NCBI GenBank assembly: GCA_963709345.1
Contig: CAVPVX010000005.1
Coordinates: forward strand, 1 to 50,076
DNA from: an uncultured Actinomycetes bacterium
GTDB taxonomy: Bacteria; Actinomycetota; Thermoleophilia; UBA2241
Direction of reading: 5' to 3'
Length of the DNA stretch: 50,076 bases
In this document: one piece after another, positions 26,141 to 42,035 of the stretch
Numbering within the stretch: position 1 is the stretch's first letter
Layout of the letters: every line of letters starts with the position of its first letter
Notes under the pieces: generated by a model
Database searches by the model: none
What the model was told of the DNA's origin: nothing
Seen by the model: the letters and a program-made list of their open reading frames with translations, nothing else
Translations under genes and position numbers: made by a program

Positions 26141-28447
26141 ATGCACGGCCGAGGCGGGCTGCCCTGGACGACGATCATCTTCCTGGTGACGGGAGGAGCG
26201 GTCGCGGTCGCGGCGGCCGCCGGGGCGTTCGGGGCCCTGGAGCCGGCGGCCCTCACCGTCATCGCCGTCGCGACCCTGACCGCGCTGGTAGCCTCCGTGT
26301 GGGCCCACCGGCCCTCGCACATCTGGCCGTGGGCGGCGATAGCACTCGCGCTCGCGTTGTTCATGGCCGGAGGAGCGGTGCGCTCCATTCTGGGCACCCT
26401 GGGAGACCTGAGCGAGACTCGATCTCTCGTGCCCGACCTGTTCGCGCTCCCCGGCTACGTGCTCCTCGCGCTCGGCCTTCTGGGGTTCTGGCGACGGGGC
26501 GCGCCCGGCCCGCGCCGCCACTCGGGCGTCGTGCTCGACGGCCTCGTCGCCGCGCTCAGTCTGGCTGCGCTGGCCTGGGTGTTCCTCATTCAGCGACTGC
26601 TCCAGCAGAGCGATGTGCCGCTCTCGGTCACCCTCGTGCTCATCGCCTACCCCTCGATGTCCGTCTTCATGGTGGTCGTGACCCTGCGGATCGCGTTCAA
26701 CCCGAAGCGGGAGCCCGTCCCCGCCTTCTGGCTGCTTCTGGCCGGGATGACCCTCATGTTCGTGGGCGACGTGGTCTACATGCTGGTCGACCTGAACCTT
26801 GTCTCGCTCCCGCCGCGCATCTTCGACCTGCCCTACGCACTCGCCTACCTGGCCGCCGGCGCGACCGCGCTGCACGCATCGATGCGCAGTCTCACCGAGC
26901 CCGGCGTGCGGCAGCGTATGACCGCCTCCCGATTCCGCATCGCCGTCGTTGCCGTCGCGCTCCTGATCCCCGCCCTGCTGACCCTGGAGGACCGCGGCGA
27001 CACGGTCGCCGACCGCGCGGTCCTCTCGCTGCTGATGCTGGCGATCACCGGTGTGGCCGTCCTGCGCATCGTCCAGGCCCTGCAGACGGCAGAGCGCTCC
27101 GAGACGCGCCTCGTGTTCCAGGCGAACCACGACAGCCTGACAGGGCTCCCGAACCGGCGGATGATGGAGCAGCACCTTACGCATCTTCTCGAAATGACGC
27201 CCACCGACCACACGCACGTGGCGCTGCTCTATCTCGACCTCGACCGCTTCAAGCTGATCAACGACACCCTCGGGCACTCCCAAGGCGACCGGCTGCTCGT
27301 GGAGGTGGCCGACCGCCTGCGCGAGCACGTCAGGCCGGCCGACCTCGTGACCCGTATCGGCGGCGACGAGTTCATGATCGTGCTCGAGCGCGTCGTCAGC
27401 GTCTCGCAGGCCGTCGACCTCGCGAACCGCCTGCGCGTCTGCCTCACCGAACCCTTCGTCGTGGGGGGCATGACCTTCTTCCTCTCCTCAAGTATCGGTC
27501 TGGCCTTCGCGTCGGGCGACGACCCCTCCGCGACGGCCGAGGCCCTCGTCCGAGACGCCGACACGGCGATGTATCAGGCCAAGGATGCGGGGCGCGACGC
27601 CGTGGCCGTGTTCAGCGAGTCGATGCGCACCAAGATGGCCGAGCGTGTCGAGCTGGAGCGTGACCTGCGCCTCGCCGTCGCGATGGACCAACTGCACGTC
27701 GTATACCAGCCCATCGTGCGCCTGCCACACGGCAGTGTCGCGGGCATGGAAGCGCTGGTGCGCTGGACGCACCCGACACACGGAGTGATCATGCCGTCCA
27801 AGTTCATCCCCCTGGCAGAGGACGGCGGGCTCATCGCCGACATCGGCGGATGGGTCCTCGACAAGGCCGTCGGCCAGCTCGCCGCCTGGCGGCGGCAGTC
27901 GCCCGACATGGCCGGTCTCTACGTCTCGGTCAATCTCTCGGGCGCGCAGCTCCACGACGACCGCATCGTCAGCCGGGTCGCCGACTCCCTCACTGTCCAC
28001 GGACTCGACGGGCAGTCGCTCTGCCTGGAGCTGACCGAGTCGGTCGTCATGGAGGATCCCGACGCCGCCGCCAGGATCCTGTCGGAGCTTCGCGGGCTCG
28101 GCGTCCAGATCGCCATCGACGACTTCGGATCCGAATACTCGTCGCTCGCCTACCTCAAGCGCTTCCCCGTGTCCGCCCTGAAGATAGACAAGACGTTCGT
28201 CGACAACCTCGTCAACGACGACAGCGCGGACGCCACACTGATCGGCACCATCGTCGCGATGGCGCGCGCGCTGGGCATCACCACGGTGGCGGAAGGAGTC
28301 GAGACGAGCACCCAGGCGGCGCGACTCGTGGAGCTCGGCTGCGACGCTGTGCAGGGGTACCTGTACTCTCGTCCGGTGGGGTCCGACAGGCTCTGCGAAG
28401 TCGTGAGCTCGCTGCGCTCGCACCGGCTGCACCTCGTGCGCGACTGA
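26141..28447 (+). CDS. Membrane-bound diguanylate cyclase/phosphodiesterase (GGDEF-EAL); start 26081 also possible
   Basis: About 9-10 TM segments, then HDSLTGLPNR, DLDRFKLINDTLGH, RIGGDEF, EALVRW, ELTES, DDFGSEYSSL and AEGVET. Confidence 0.9.
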   Translation: MHGRGGLPWTTIIFLVTGGAVAVAAAAGAFGALEPAALTVIAVATLTALVASVWAHRPSHIWPWAAIALALALFMAGGAVRSILGTLGDLSETRSLVPDLFALPGYVLLALGLLGFWRRGAPGPRRHSGVVLDGLVAALSLAALAWVFLIQRLLQQSDVPLSVTLVLIAYPSMSVFMVVVTLRIAFNPKREPVPAFWLLLAGMTLMFVGDVVYMLVDLNLVSLPPRIFDLPYALAYLAAGATALHASMRSLTEPGVRQRMTASRFRIAVVAVALLIPALLTLEDRGDTVADRAVLSLLMLAITGVAVLRIVQALQTAERSETRLVFQANHDSLTGLPNRRMMEQHLTHLLEMTPTDHTHVALLYLDLDRFKLINDTLGHSQGDRLLVEVADRLREHVRPADLVTRIGGDEFMIVLERVVSVSQAVDLANRLRVCLTEPFVVGGMTFFLSSSIGLAFASGDDPSATAEALVRDADTAMYQAKDAGRDAVAVFSESMRTKMAERVELERDLRLAVAMDQLHVVYQPIVRLPHGSVAGMEALVRWTHPTHGVIMPSKFIPLAEDGGLIADIGGWVLDKAVGQLAAWRRQSPDMAGLYVSVNLSGAQLHDDRIVSRVADSLTVHGLDGQSLCLELTESVVMEDPDAAARILSELRGLGVQIAIDDFGSEYSSLAYLKRFPVSALKIDKTFVDNLVNDDSADATLIGTIVAMARALGITTVAEGVETSTQAARLVELGCDAVQGYLYSRPVGSDRLCEVVSSLRSHRLHLVRD

Positions 28448-28450
28448 GAC

Positions 28451-29215
28451 CTAGTGGCCCGCGGCCTCCTCGCGCCGCCAGGCGACGAGCGAGTCGACAC
28501 GGGCCAGGTCCACCCGCCGCAGCGCCGGCTCAAGACCCTCGCCCAGGACGAGAATGGCGTGCAGGTCGGGGTCCTGTTCGGCGAGGCGCCGCTCAGCCTC
28601 CACCACGCTGCACCAGGCCGGGATACTCGCCGACGAGCCGAGGTACGAACGCGGGGCGAGACCGTCGAAACCGGCGAAGATCATGCGCAGCTTCCAGCGC
28701 AGCATCCTGAACACCGGCATGTCGAGGATCGCGACGAACCACTCGATGCCGAGGCGGCGCGCCGCCAGCGTGAGCGTCTGGTAGAGACCCATGGCCACCA
28801 GGCCCTGCGCCGCCTTGCCGCGGTAGTCGGGGGCGATGGCGAGCGTGGCGATATCCCACGTCCTCTCCGGTTCGATCCCCAGCCCGGTGCGCTCGATCAG
28901 ACCGGCCGGTGTCTCACCCCACACGGATCCGATGTCGTTGAGGCTCTTGGAGCCCAGGGGCGAGGGCAGGAGCACGCGCATGACGCCCGCCGGCAGGCCC
29001 CGCCGGTGATCGATGACGCACAGGAAGACGCTGCTGAGCTCGTAGGGACCGTACTCCGCGGCCAGCAATTCGCGCGTGTTGCCGAACGCCTCGAGAAACA
29101 CCGCCCGCTCGAGCGCGCGCCCGAGCTGGGCGCCCGGCTCGTCGGCGCCGAACAAGTAGGCGCCGAACGGCTCCGGCGCCTCGGGTGCCGTCACCCGGCG
29201 CGCCAGGCTGCGCAC
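28451..29215 (-). CDS. Acyl-CoA N-acyltransferase fold protein (FeeM/LuxI-like)
   Basis: R.LERAVFLEAFG, AGVMRV and WDIATLAIAPDYRG. The pattern recalls N-acyl amino acid and autoinducer synthases. The start may be frameshifted from ATG ~29249. Confidence 0.45.
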   Translation of the reverse strand: MRSLARRVTAPEAPEPFGAYLFGADEPGAQLGRALERAVFLEAFGNTRELLAAEYGPYELSSVFLCVIDHRRGLPAGVMRVLLPSPLGSKSLNDIGSVWGETPAGLIERTGLGIEPERTWDIATLAIAPDYRGKAAQGLVAMGLYQTLTLAARRLGIEWFVAILDMPVFRMLRWKLRMIFAGFDGLAPRSYLGSSASIPAWCSVVEAERRLAEQDPDLHAILVLGEGLEPALRRVDLARVDSLVAWRREEAAGH

Positions 29216-29599
29216 GTCCGCATCATCGAGGTCGAAGTGCGCCGATCATGATTCCGAGACGGAGCGCCGCGGGCCCGGACACGCAGGGCGAGGCCGCGAC
29301 GGGCGCTCACACCGGCGCCGGGCACATTCGTCGCGCACGCACGCACTTCCAGCCATGGACACTCCCGGGCCTGATACTCCACGGAAGCGCGCGCAGCGGT
29401 CGCCCGCCGCACACGCTCCGCTTGATCGGCGCCGGCCGACAGGCGTGCGCGCGAGCCGAACAGGAGGCGCGTCGCCCGCGTATCGCAGGCCGGCTACTAA
29501 GGAGTACGTCGCGTCCGCCGCACTTCCTCCATGAGCGTCCGCCCGCAGCAGTGGGCGCGGCGGCATGACCGCCGTACCCGCCTGGCTGAGCTCACGACG

Positions 29600-29639
29600 C
29601 GGCCGGGGCCGGGGCGCTCTCACGCCCCGGCCCCGGCCG
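29600..29639. terminator. Perfect 17-bp GC hairpin
   Basis: CGGCCGGGGCCGGGGCG-ctctca-CGCCCCGGCCCCGGCCG. Confidence 0.5.
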
Positions 29640-29650
29640 GTCAACTCGTG

Positions 29651-29673
29651 AAACGGCCCGCTCGTGCGGGCCG
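29651..29673 (-). terminator. Putative intrinsic terminator after the DUF5679 gene
   Basis: 8-bp stem CGGCCCGC/GCGGGCCG followed by TTT on the minus strand. Confidence 0.45.
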
Positions 29674-29681
29674 GTGACCTC

Positions 29682-29831
29682 TTACTTGCTCTTGCCGATC
29701 TTGAACATCTTGGTGCCGCAGTCCGGGCAGATGCCCTGGGTGGCCGGCTTGCCGTTCTTCATCGTGACGGCCTTCTCGTCCTTCATGACTTTCTTGGCAC
29801 GACACTTCACGCAGTAAGCCTCAGTCGCCAT
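29682..29831 (-). CDS. DUF5679 small zinc-ribbon protein
   Basis: MATEAYCVKCRAK..MKNGKPATQGICPDCGTKMFKIG. AAGGAG RBS. Confidence 0.8.
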   Translation of the reverse strand: MATEAYCVKCRAKKVMKDEKAVTMKNGKPATQGICPDCGTKMFKIGKSK

Positions 29832-29940
29832 GCGGTCTCCTTTCGGGACACGAATGCGGGCCTCGTGCCCGCCCCCCTGATATCGCGGGCAGCATACTAC
29901 CTCGCCCCAGCGTGCGCAATGAGCCTGCGTTGAGCCTGCG

Positions 29941-34731
<4,791 letters not shown>

Positions 34732-34955
34732 ATTGTCCTATTCAGTGACGCTTATCAGGACATTGTAGACCAGCGAGGACGCCGGAGCCACTGCCGCGAC
34801 GTACCTCCACCTCCACGCGCGAGGCGGACGGCGCGGCCGAACCCTGCCCTCGCGACGATCGTCGGCCCGTCTTGCCTCCGCGCCGCAGAGGCGTCAGAAT
34901 CTACGGCGTCTATACGGCGCACCCCGCCGCCATACGAAGGCCTGAAAGGATGACT

Positions 34956-36284
34956 ATGAATAATCAGCGCCAGGCCGACATCGAGAAGCTCGTCAAAGAC
35001 GAGAACGTGAAGCACATTCAGTTGTGGTTCACGGACATCCTCGGGAACCTCAAGATGGTCGAGGTCCCGGACCGGCAGCTCCCCAGCGTGATCGAGAGCG
35101 GCGCTGCCTTCGACGGCTCTTCCATCAGCGGCTACGCCGAGATCGAGGAGAGCGACATCGTCGCGGTGCCCGACTGGGGCACCTTCACCGTGCTTCCCTG
35201 GGCCTCGGGGAGCGAGCGCACCGCGTTCGTCTTCTGCGACGTCGTCGACCGCAACTTCAAGCCTTTCGAGGGTGACCCGCGCTGGGTGCTCCGCCGCCAG
35301 CTCGACCGTGCCCGCAAGATGGGCCTCGAGTTCTACGTGGGACCCGAGCTCGAGTACTTCTACTTCAAGGACTCCGTGACCCCCGAGCTCACCGACGACG
35401 GCGCCTACTTCGACGTGCTGCCCGCCGACCTCGGCAACGACCTGCGCAAGCAGACGATGCGCACGCTCGACAAGCTCGGCATCCCGATGGAGGCGAGCCA
35501 CCACGAGGTCGCCCCGTCGCAGCACGAGATCGACCCGCACTACGACGAGGCGCTGCTCATGGCCGACCGCGTGATGATCACGCGCCTGATCGTCAAGGAG
35601 GTCGCGGCCCACAACGGCGTGCACGCGACCTTCATGCCCAAGCCTCTGCACGGCCAGAACGGCAGCGGCATGCACGTGCACCAGAGCCTCTTCCGCGGCA
35701 AGACGAACGCGATGTTCAGCGAGACCGACCCCGACCACCTGAGCGATCTCGCCAAGTGCTTCATCGCCGGCCAGCTCAAGCACATGCGCGAGTTCACGTC
35801 GATCCTCAACCAGTACGTGAACAGCTACAAGCGCCTGGTACCCGGCTACGAGGCTCCCGTGTACATCAGCTGGGCGCATCGCAACCGCACCGCCCTCATC
35901 CGCGTGCCGCTGTACGTCCAGGGCAAGGAGAGCACCGTGCGCGCCGAGATCCGCAACCCCGACCCGGCCGCCAACCCGTATCTCGCGTTCGCCGTGATGC
36001 TCGCCGCCGGCCTCGAGGGCATCGAGCAGGAGTACGAGTTGCCGCCGAGCGTGGAACCCAACATCTACAAGATGACCGCCGACGAGCGCGAGATCATCGG
36101 CCTGGGCTCCCTGCCGAACAACCTGTACGAAGCGATCCAGTACACGCAGGAGAGCGAGCTCGTGCGTCGCACGCTCGGCGAACACGTCTTCGAGCGTTTC
36201 GTGACCAACAAGCTCAACGAGTGGTATGAGTACCGCGAGCAGGTCACCGACTGGGAGATTCGCAAGTACTTCTCGAAGATCTGA
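34956..36284 (+). CDS. glnA: Glutamine synthetase type I
   Basis: LWFTDILG.LK, FDGSSI.G, GPELEYF, HHEVAPSQHEI, ATFMPKP..GQNGSGMH.HQS, RLVPGYEAP and EIRNPD..ANPYL. Confidence 0.95.
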   Translation: MNNQRQADIEKLVKDENVKHIQLWFTDILGNLKMVEVPDRQLPSVIESGAAFDGSSISGYAEIEESDIVAVPDWGTFTVLPWASGSERTAFVFCDVVDRNFKPFEGDPRWVLRRQLDRARKMGLEFYVGPELEYFYFKDSVTPELTDDGAYFDVLPADLGNDLRKQTMRTLDKLGIPMEASHHEVAPSQHEIDPHYDEALLMADRVMITRLIVKEVAAHNGVHATFMPKPLHGQNGSGMHVHQSLFRGKTNAMFSETDPDHLSDLAKCFIAGQLKHMREFTSILNQYVNSYKRLVPGYEAPVYISWAHRNRTALIRVPLYVQGKESTVRAEIRNPDPAANPYLAFAVMLAAGLEGIEQEYELPPSVEPNIYKMTADEREIIGLGSLPNNLYEAIQYTQESELVRRTLGEHVFERFVTNKLNEWYEYREQVTDWEIRKYFSKI

Positions 36285-36290
36285 GGCGAA

Positions 36291-36322
36291 GCGAGGCGGG
36301 CGCCGGACGGCGCCCGCCTCGC
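36291..36322 (+). terminator. Hairpin after glnA
   Basis: Inverted repeat GCGAGGCGGGCGCC..GGCGCCCGCCTCGC just after the stop codon. Confidence 0.5.
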
Positions 36323-36410
36323 CGCTTCCCCGGCGCAACCCTTCAGGAGTGGGACGCGGCGTGCCGGTCCGGCCCCGGGTGCGCTACACTTGCATCTCCA
36401 GGGAGGACAC

Positions 36411-37142
36411 GTGGAACAGCTCGCCGCACATCTCACCGAGTGGATCGCCGCCGAGGTCGAGACCTCCGGCGGTAGCGGCGCCGTGTTCGGCCTCTCCGGC
36501 GGCATCGACTCGGCGGTCGTCGCCGCCCTCGCCAAGCGCGCCTTCCCGCATCACACCCTCGGCGTGATCATGCCGTGTCACAGCGACCCGGCCGACGCCG
36601 AGGACGCCGCCGTCGTCGCCCACCACTTCGACGTCCCCGCGACCACGGTCGACCTCGCGCCGATCTACGACCGCTTCGTCGAGATGCTCGGGTGCTGCAG
36701 CACCGACCTGCCGGAGAGCCGGCTGGCCACCGCCAACCTCAAGCCGAGACTGCGCATGACGGCGCTGTACGCCTTCGCCAACCAGCTCGACTACCGCGTG
36801 CTCGGCACCGGCAACCGCAGCGAGCTCGCCGTCGGCTACTTCACCAAGTGGGGCGACGGCGGCGCCGACCTGCTGCCGCTGGGCAGCCTCGTCAAGGGCG
36901 AGGTCCGCGACCTCGCCCGCCACCTCGGCGTGCCCGAGCGCATCGTCACCAAGCCGCCGTCGGCCGGCCTCTGGGCCGACCAGACCGACGAGGCCGAGAT
37001 GGGCCTCACCTACGAGGAGCTCGATGCCTACTTGCTGACGCGCACGGCGTCGCCCGCCGTCAAGGCGAAGGTCGACGCCATGAACGCCGCCAGCGAGCAC
37101 AAGCGCACGCTCCCCCGCATCGCGCCCAAGCCCGGCGCCTGA
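36411..37142 (+). CDS. nadE: NH3-dependent NAD+ synthetase
   Basis: [35 protein letters not shown] and [20 protein letters not shown]. Confidence 0.92.
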   Translation: MEQLAAHLTEWIAAEVETSGGSGAVFGLSGGIDSAVVAALAKRAFPHHTLGVIMPCHSDPADAEDAAVVAHHFDVPATTVDLAPIYDRFVEMLGCCSTDLPESRLATANLKPRLRMTALYAFANQLDYRVLGTGNRSELAVGYFTKWGDGGADLLPLGSLVKGEVRDLARHLGVPERIVTKPPSAGLWADQTDEAEMGLTYEELDAYLLTRTASPAVKAKVDAMNAASEHKRTLPRIAPKPGA

Positions 37143-37279
37143 GGAGGCGGCCGCCCGGATGGGCGGCGCACGCGCCGCCCCTGAGGCGGCCGCGTCGGGG
37201 CGGGGCCGGCGACCCGCGCCAAAGGCGCGCCGGCCCCCCGTCTGCTAGACTTCTACGCCGTCATTTTCGGAGGTACTAC

Positions 37280-38529
<1,250 letters not shown>

Positions 38530-38533
<4 letters not shown>

Positions 38534-39552
38534 CGGCCGGCCGCGAGTACACGGTCGCCATCGCCGGGGCGACCGGCGTCGTCGGCGGCACCGTGCGCGC
38601 GATCCTCGAGGAGCGGGCGTTCCCCGTCGGGGAGCTGCGGCTCCTCGCCAGCGCGCGCTCGGCCGGCCGCAGGCTCCCCTTCCGCGGCGCCGAGATCGAG
38701 GTGCGCGAGCTCGGCCCCGGCTCGTTCGCCGGCGTCGACCTCGTCTTCTTCGCCGCCGGCGGCTCGGTGAGCAAAGAGTACGTGCCGCAGGCCGTCGAGG
38801 CCGGCGCCACCGTGATCGACAAGTCGAGCGTGTTCCGCCAGGACCCGGGCGTGCCGCTCGTCGTACCCGAGGTCAACGCCGATCACCTGGCGGCCCACAC
38901 TGGCCTCATCGCGACGCCCAACTGCTCAACCATCCAGATGGTCGTCGCGCTCAAACCCATCTACGACGCCGCCGGCATCGAGCGTGTCGTCGTCAGCACC
39001 TACCAGGCCGTCTCGGGCAGCGGCCAGGCCGGCATCGCCGCCCTCGACGCGCAGACACGCCAGTGGGCCGCCGGCGAGCCGGTCAAGCCGCAGTTCTACC
39101 CACACCAGATCGCCTTCAACGCCCTGCCGCACATCGACGGCTTCCTGCCGACGGGGGCGACGAAGGAAGAGCAGAAGATGGTCGACGAGACCGTCAAGAT
39201 CTTCGCCGACCCGGACCTCAAGGTCACGGCGACCTGCGTGCGCGTGCCCGTGTTCGGCGCGCACAGCGAGGCGGTCAACATCCAGACGAAGCGCAAGCTG
39301 AGCGCCGGCGATGCGCGAGCCCTGCTCGCGGCCGCCCCCGGCGTCGAGGTCGTCGACGACCCTGCAGAGCTGCGGTACCCCATGCCGCTGCCCGCCGAGG
39401 GCGAGGACCCCGTCTACGTGGGCCGCATCCGCGAGGACGCAACGATCGACAACGGACTGGACATGTGGGTCGTCTCCGACAACCTGCGCAAGGGCGCGGC
39501 GCTCAACGCGGTGCAGATCGCGGAGGAGCTCGTGACCCGGGGTCTGCTCTAA
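38530..39552 (+). CDS. asd: Aspartate-semialdehyde dehydrogenase
   Basis: [37 protein letters not shown] and [14 protein letters not shown]. Confidence 0.95.
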
Positions 39553-39604
39553 GCCGGCACGGGTATACTGAGCGATCATCACTACCCCGAGCGAGGAACC
39601 ACAC

Positions 39605-40621
39605 ATGACTGAACCGACCAGCGAGACCGGCGCCGACATGCTCGACGTCGTCATCGTCGGCGCCGGTCCCGCGGGCCTGACGGCCGGCATCTACTGCAGC
39701 CGCGGCCGCCTCAAGACGGCCATCCTCGAGCGCAACATGGCCGGCGGCCAGATCGCGCTCACCGACCTCGTCGAGAACTACCCCGGCTTCCCCGAGGGCA
39801 TCTCGGGCTTCGATCTCGCGACGAAGATGAAGGACCAGGCGGTCAAGTTCGGCGCCGAGATGCGCGAGATCGAGACGGTGAGCGCCCTGGTCCCCCAGCC
39901 CGACGGCTGCTACGTCATCGTCACCGACCGCGGCGAGATCAAGACGCGCAGCGTGATCCTGGCGCCCGGCGTCGAGCCGCGGCGCTCCGGCATTCCCGGC
40001 GAAGCCGAGTTCGTCGGCCGCGGTGTGAGCTGGTGCGCCACCTGCGACGGCGCCCTCTACAAGGGCCGCACGGTCGCCGTGATCGGCGGCGGCGACTCCG
40101 CCGTCGAGGAAGGCCTCTTTCTCACCAAGTTCGCCGAGAAGGTCTACCTGGTCCACCGGCGCAACGAGCTGCGCGCCGCGCCGATAGCCCAGGAGCGCGC
40201 CTTCGCCAACCCCACCTTCGAGTTCGTCTGGGATTCCATCCCCAAGCGCATCGACGGCGTCGACATGGTCGAGGCGCTCGAGGTCGAGAACGTCAAGACG
40301 GGCGAGCCGCGTTCGCTCCCGGTCAACGGCGTCTTCATGTACATCGGCCAGCTCCCCAACACCGACTGGCTCAAGAGCACCGTGCAGCTCGACGACCACG
40401 GGTACATCGTCACCGACGCTCTGCTGCAGACGAAGCTGCCGGGGGTGTTCGCGTGCGGCGACGCCCACGCCAACCCGCTGAAGCAGATCGCCATGGCAGT
40501 GGGCGAGGGCGCGCTGGCCGCCGTGCACATCGGGCGCTACCTGGACGGATTGGAATGCCCCGCCCCCGAGGCCGAGGTCGCGAACGGCGACAAGCCGTCC
40601 GCGGCCGGCACGCAACGCTGA
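39605..40621 (+). CDS. trxB: Thioredoxin reductase
   Basis: GAGPAGLTA, VENYPGF, GRGVSWCATCDG, GGGDSAVEE and GVFACGD. Confidence 0.95.
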   Translation: MTEPTSETGADMLDVVIVGAGPAGLTAGIYCSRGRLKTAILERNMAGGQIALTDLVENYPGFPEGISGFDLATKMKDQAVKFGAEMREIETVSALVPQPDGCYVIVTDRGEIKTRSVILAPGVEPRRSGIPGEAEFVGRGVSWCATCDGALYKGRTVAVIGGGDSAVEEGLFLTKFAEKVYLVHRRNELRAAPIAQERAFANPTFEFVWDSIPKRIDGVDMVEALEVENVKTGEPRSLPVNGVFMYIGQLPNTDWLKSTVQLDDHGYIVTDALLQTKLPGVFACGDAHANPLKQIAMAVGEGALAAVHIGRYLDGLECPAPEAEVANGDKPSAAGTQR

Positions 40622-40634
40622 CTGGAGGACGCAC

Positions 40635-40949
40635 GTGGACGCTGTCACTCAGGACGACTTCGAGGCCGAGGTCATCAAGACCCCCGGCAAGGTCCTCGTC
40701 GACTTCTGGGCCGAGTGGTGCGGCCCGTGCCGCATGATCGGCCCCGTCCTCGAGGAGATGGCAGGCGACTACCCCGAGGTCAAGTTCGTGAAGCTCAACG
40801 TCGACGAGGCACCTGCGGTGGCCCAGCAGTTCAGCGTCATGAACATCCCGACGATCCTCGCGTTCGAGGGCGGCGAGGTGAAGCAGCGCATCGTCGGCGC
40901 CATGCCCAAGGCCAAGCTCGTCGAAGAGCTCGGCGCCTTCCTGGGCTGA
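40635..40949 (+). CDS. trxA: Thioredoxin
   Basis: VDFWAEWCGPC and IPT. GGAGG RBS. Confidence 0.95.
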   Translation: MDAVTQDDFEAEVIKTPGKVLVDFWAEWCGPCRMIGPVLEEMAGDYPEVKFVKLNVDEAPAVAQQFSVMNIPTILAFEGGEVKQRIVGAMPKAKLVEELGAFLG

Positions 40950-41098
40950 GCGCAGCCCAGAGATGCAGGTCCGCGGCCGGGATGACGGTCGGCAGTTGGC
41001 GGTCGGCGGTCGGCGGCCGAAGCTGCGCTCCCCGGCGGCGCAAGTAGTCTTGCCGACCGTCGGCACCGGTAGTGGCACCGGCACTGGTGCCGCCGTGT

Positions 41099-41242
41099 GC
41101 CACTGGTGCCGCCTGTGATGCCACTGGTGGTGCCGCCTGTGATGCCGGTACTGGTGCCGCCTGTGATGCCACTGGTGGTGCCGCCTGTGATGCCGGTACT
41201 GGTGCCGCCTGTGATGCCGGTACTGGTGCCGCCTGTGATGCC
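41099..41242. repeat. Tandem repeat: one 21-bp and five 24-bp units of two variants
   Basis: Units are GCCACTGGTGGTGCCGCCTGTGAT and GCCGGTACTGGTGCCGCCTGTGAT. Confidence 0.9.
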
Positions 41243-41455
41243 GCACCAGCACCAGCGCCGGTGCCGCCTTCGGCTCCGGGCCGGCGCGGCTCGCGCCTGC
41301 CATCACCTTGGCCGCGGCGGGCCACCGATCACGCCGCCGATATCGGCGGGCGGTCCCGATCGTCACTCTCGTCGGCCGAGATCCGTCACGATACGATCCC
41401 CTCGGACAATGGACCGCAGCCTCCCCAGTCGTGCAATCGGTCACAGCGAGGTTCA

Positions 41456-41920
41456 ATGGAATCAGCCCCCGAGGTCATCCCCATCACGGATCTTCGTCGA
41501 GATGCCGCCAGGATCATTAGTCGCGCGGTCGCCTCCGGCACGCCCGTGTACGTGACTCAGCACGGTCGCGTCACCGCCGTGCTCCTGCCGGAACAGTCGT
41601 ACCAGGGCCTCCTCCATCGGGTCGCGGTCCTCGAAGCGGCCGGGCGGCAACACGCCGATGCGGCGGACGAGGTCCGAGCCCCCGTAGCCGGGCGAAGGCG
41701 TCTCCACGAGCCGATCGGGTACTCGTCGGCGCTGGTGAGGACACGGTTCGGCCTGACGGATCCGGAGACGGCCGCCTTCCTGATAGAGGAGGGCTACGGA
41801 GTCGGAACGGGCGGCGTCGCGGCAGGTGACGCCGGTGCGCCCGGCGTCGGTGCGGGAGCATCCGCGACGGGCGGATTCTCCGCGAGTTGGCTCGAAGTGG
41901 ATGAGGATCAGGCCGGATAG
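41456..41920 (+). CDS. Orphan Phd/YefM-family antitoxin-domain protein with C-terminal extension
   Basis: PEVIPITDLRRDAARII..PVYVTQHGRVTAVLL. GAGG RBS; no toxin gene downstream. Confidence 0.7.
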   Translation: MESAPEVIPITDLRRDAARIISRAVASGTPVYVTQHGRVTAVLLPEQSYQGLLHRVAVLEAAGRQHADAADEVRAPVAGRRRLHEPIGYSSALVRTRFGLTDPETAAFLIEEGYGVGTGGVAAGDAGAPGVGAGASATGGFSASWLEVDEDQAG

Positions 41921-41982
41921 GCGCGGATGGGGGCTGCCGCCGGGGCACAGGTGGAGCGGCCGGGGCGCGGATGGGGGCTGCC

Positions 41983-42035
41983 GGGGAGGCCGGCGTCAGT
42001 AAGGGAGGCCGGCGTCAGTAAGGGAGGCCGGCGTC
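41983..42035. repeat. 19-bp tandem repeat (about 2.7 copies) spanning the deacetylase stop codon
   Basis: GGGAGGCCGGCGTCAGTAA twice, followed by GGGAGGCCGGCGTC. Confidence 0.8.

Noticed and set aside
39605-40949. Selenocysteine in the thioredoxin system, given the SelA-like gene
   Set aside because: The CATC and WCGPC motifs use Cys codons with no in-frame TGA. The PLP enzyme looks MJ0158-like rather than true SelA.
41099-41242. CRISPR array
   Set aside because: The units abut with no unique spacers and there are no cas genes; it is a simple tandem repeat.
40410-41456. His/Arg-rich protein on the minus strand
   Set aside because: It is a translation by-product of the 24-bp repeat and overlaps trxA and trxB antisense.
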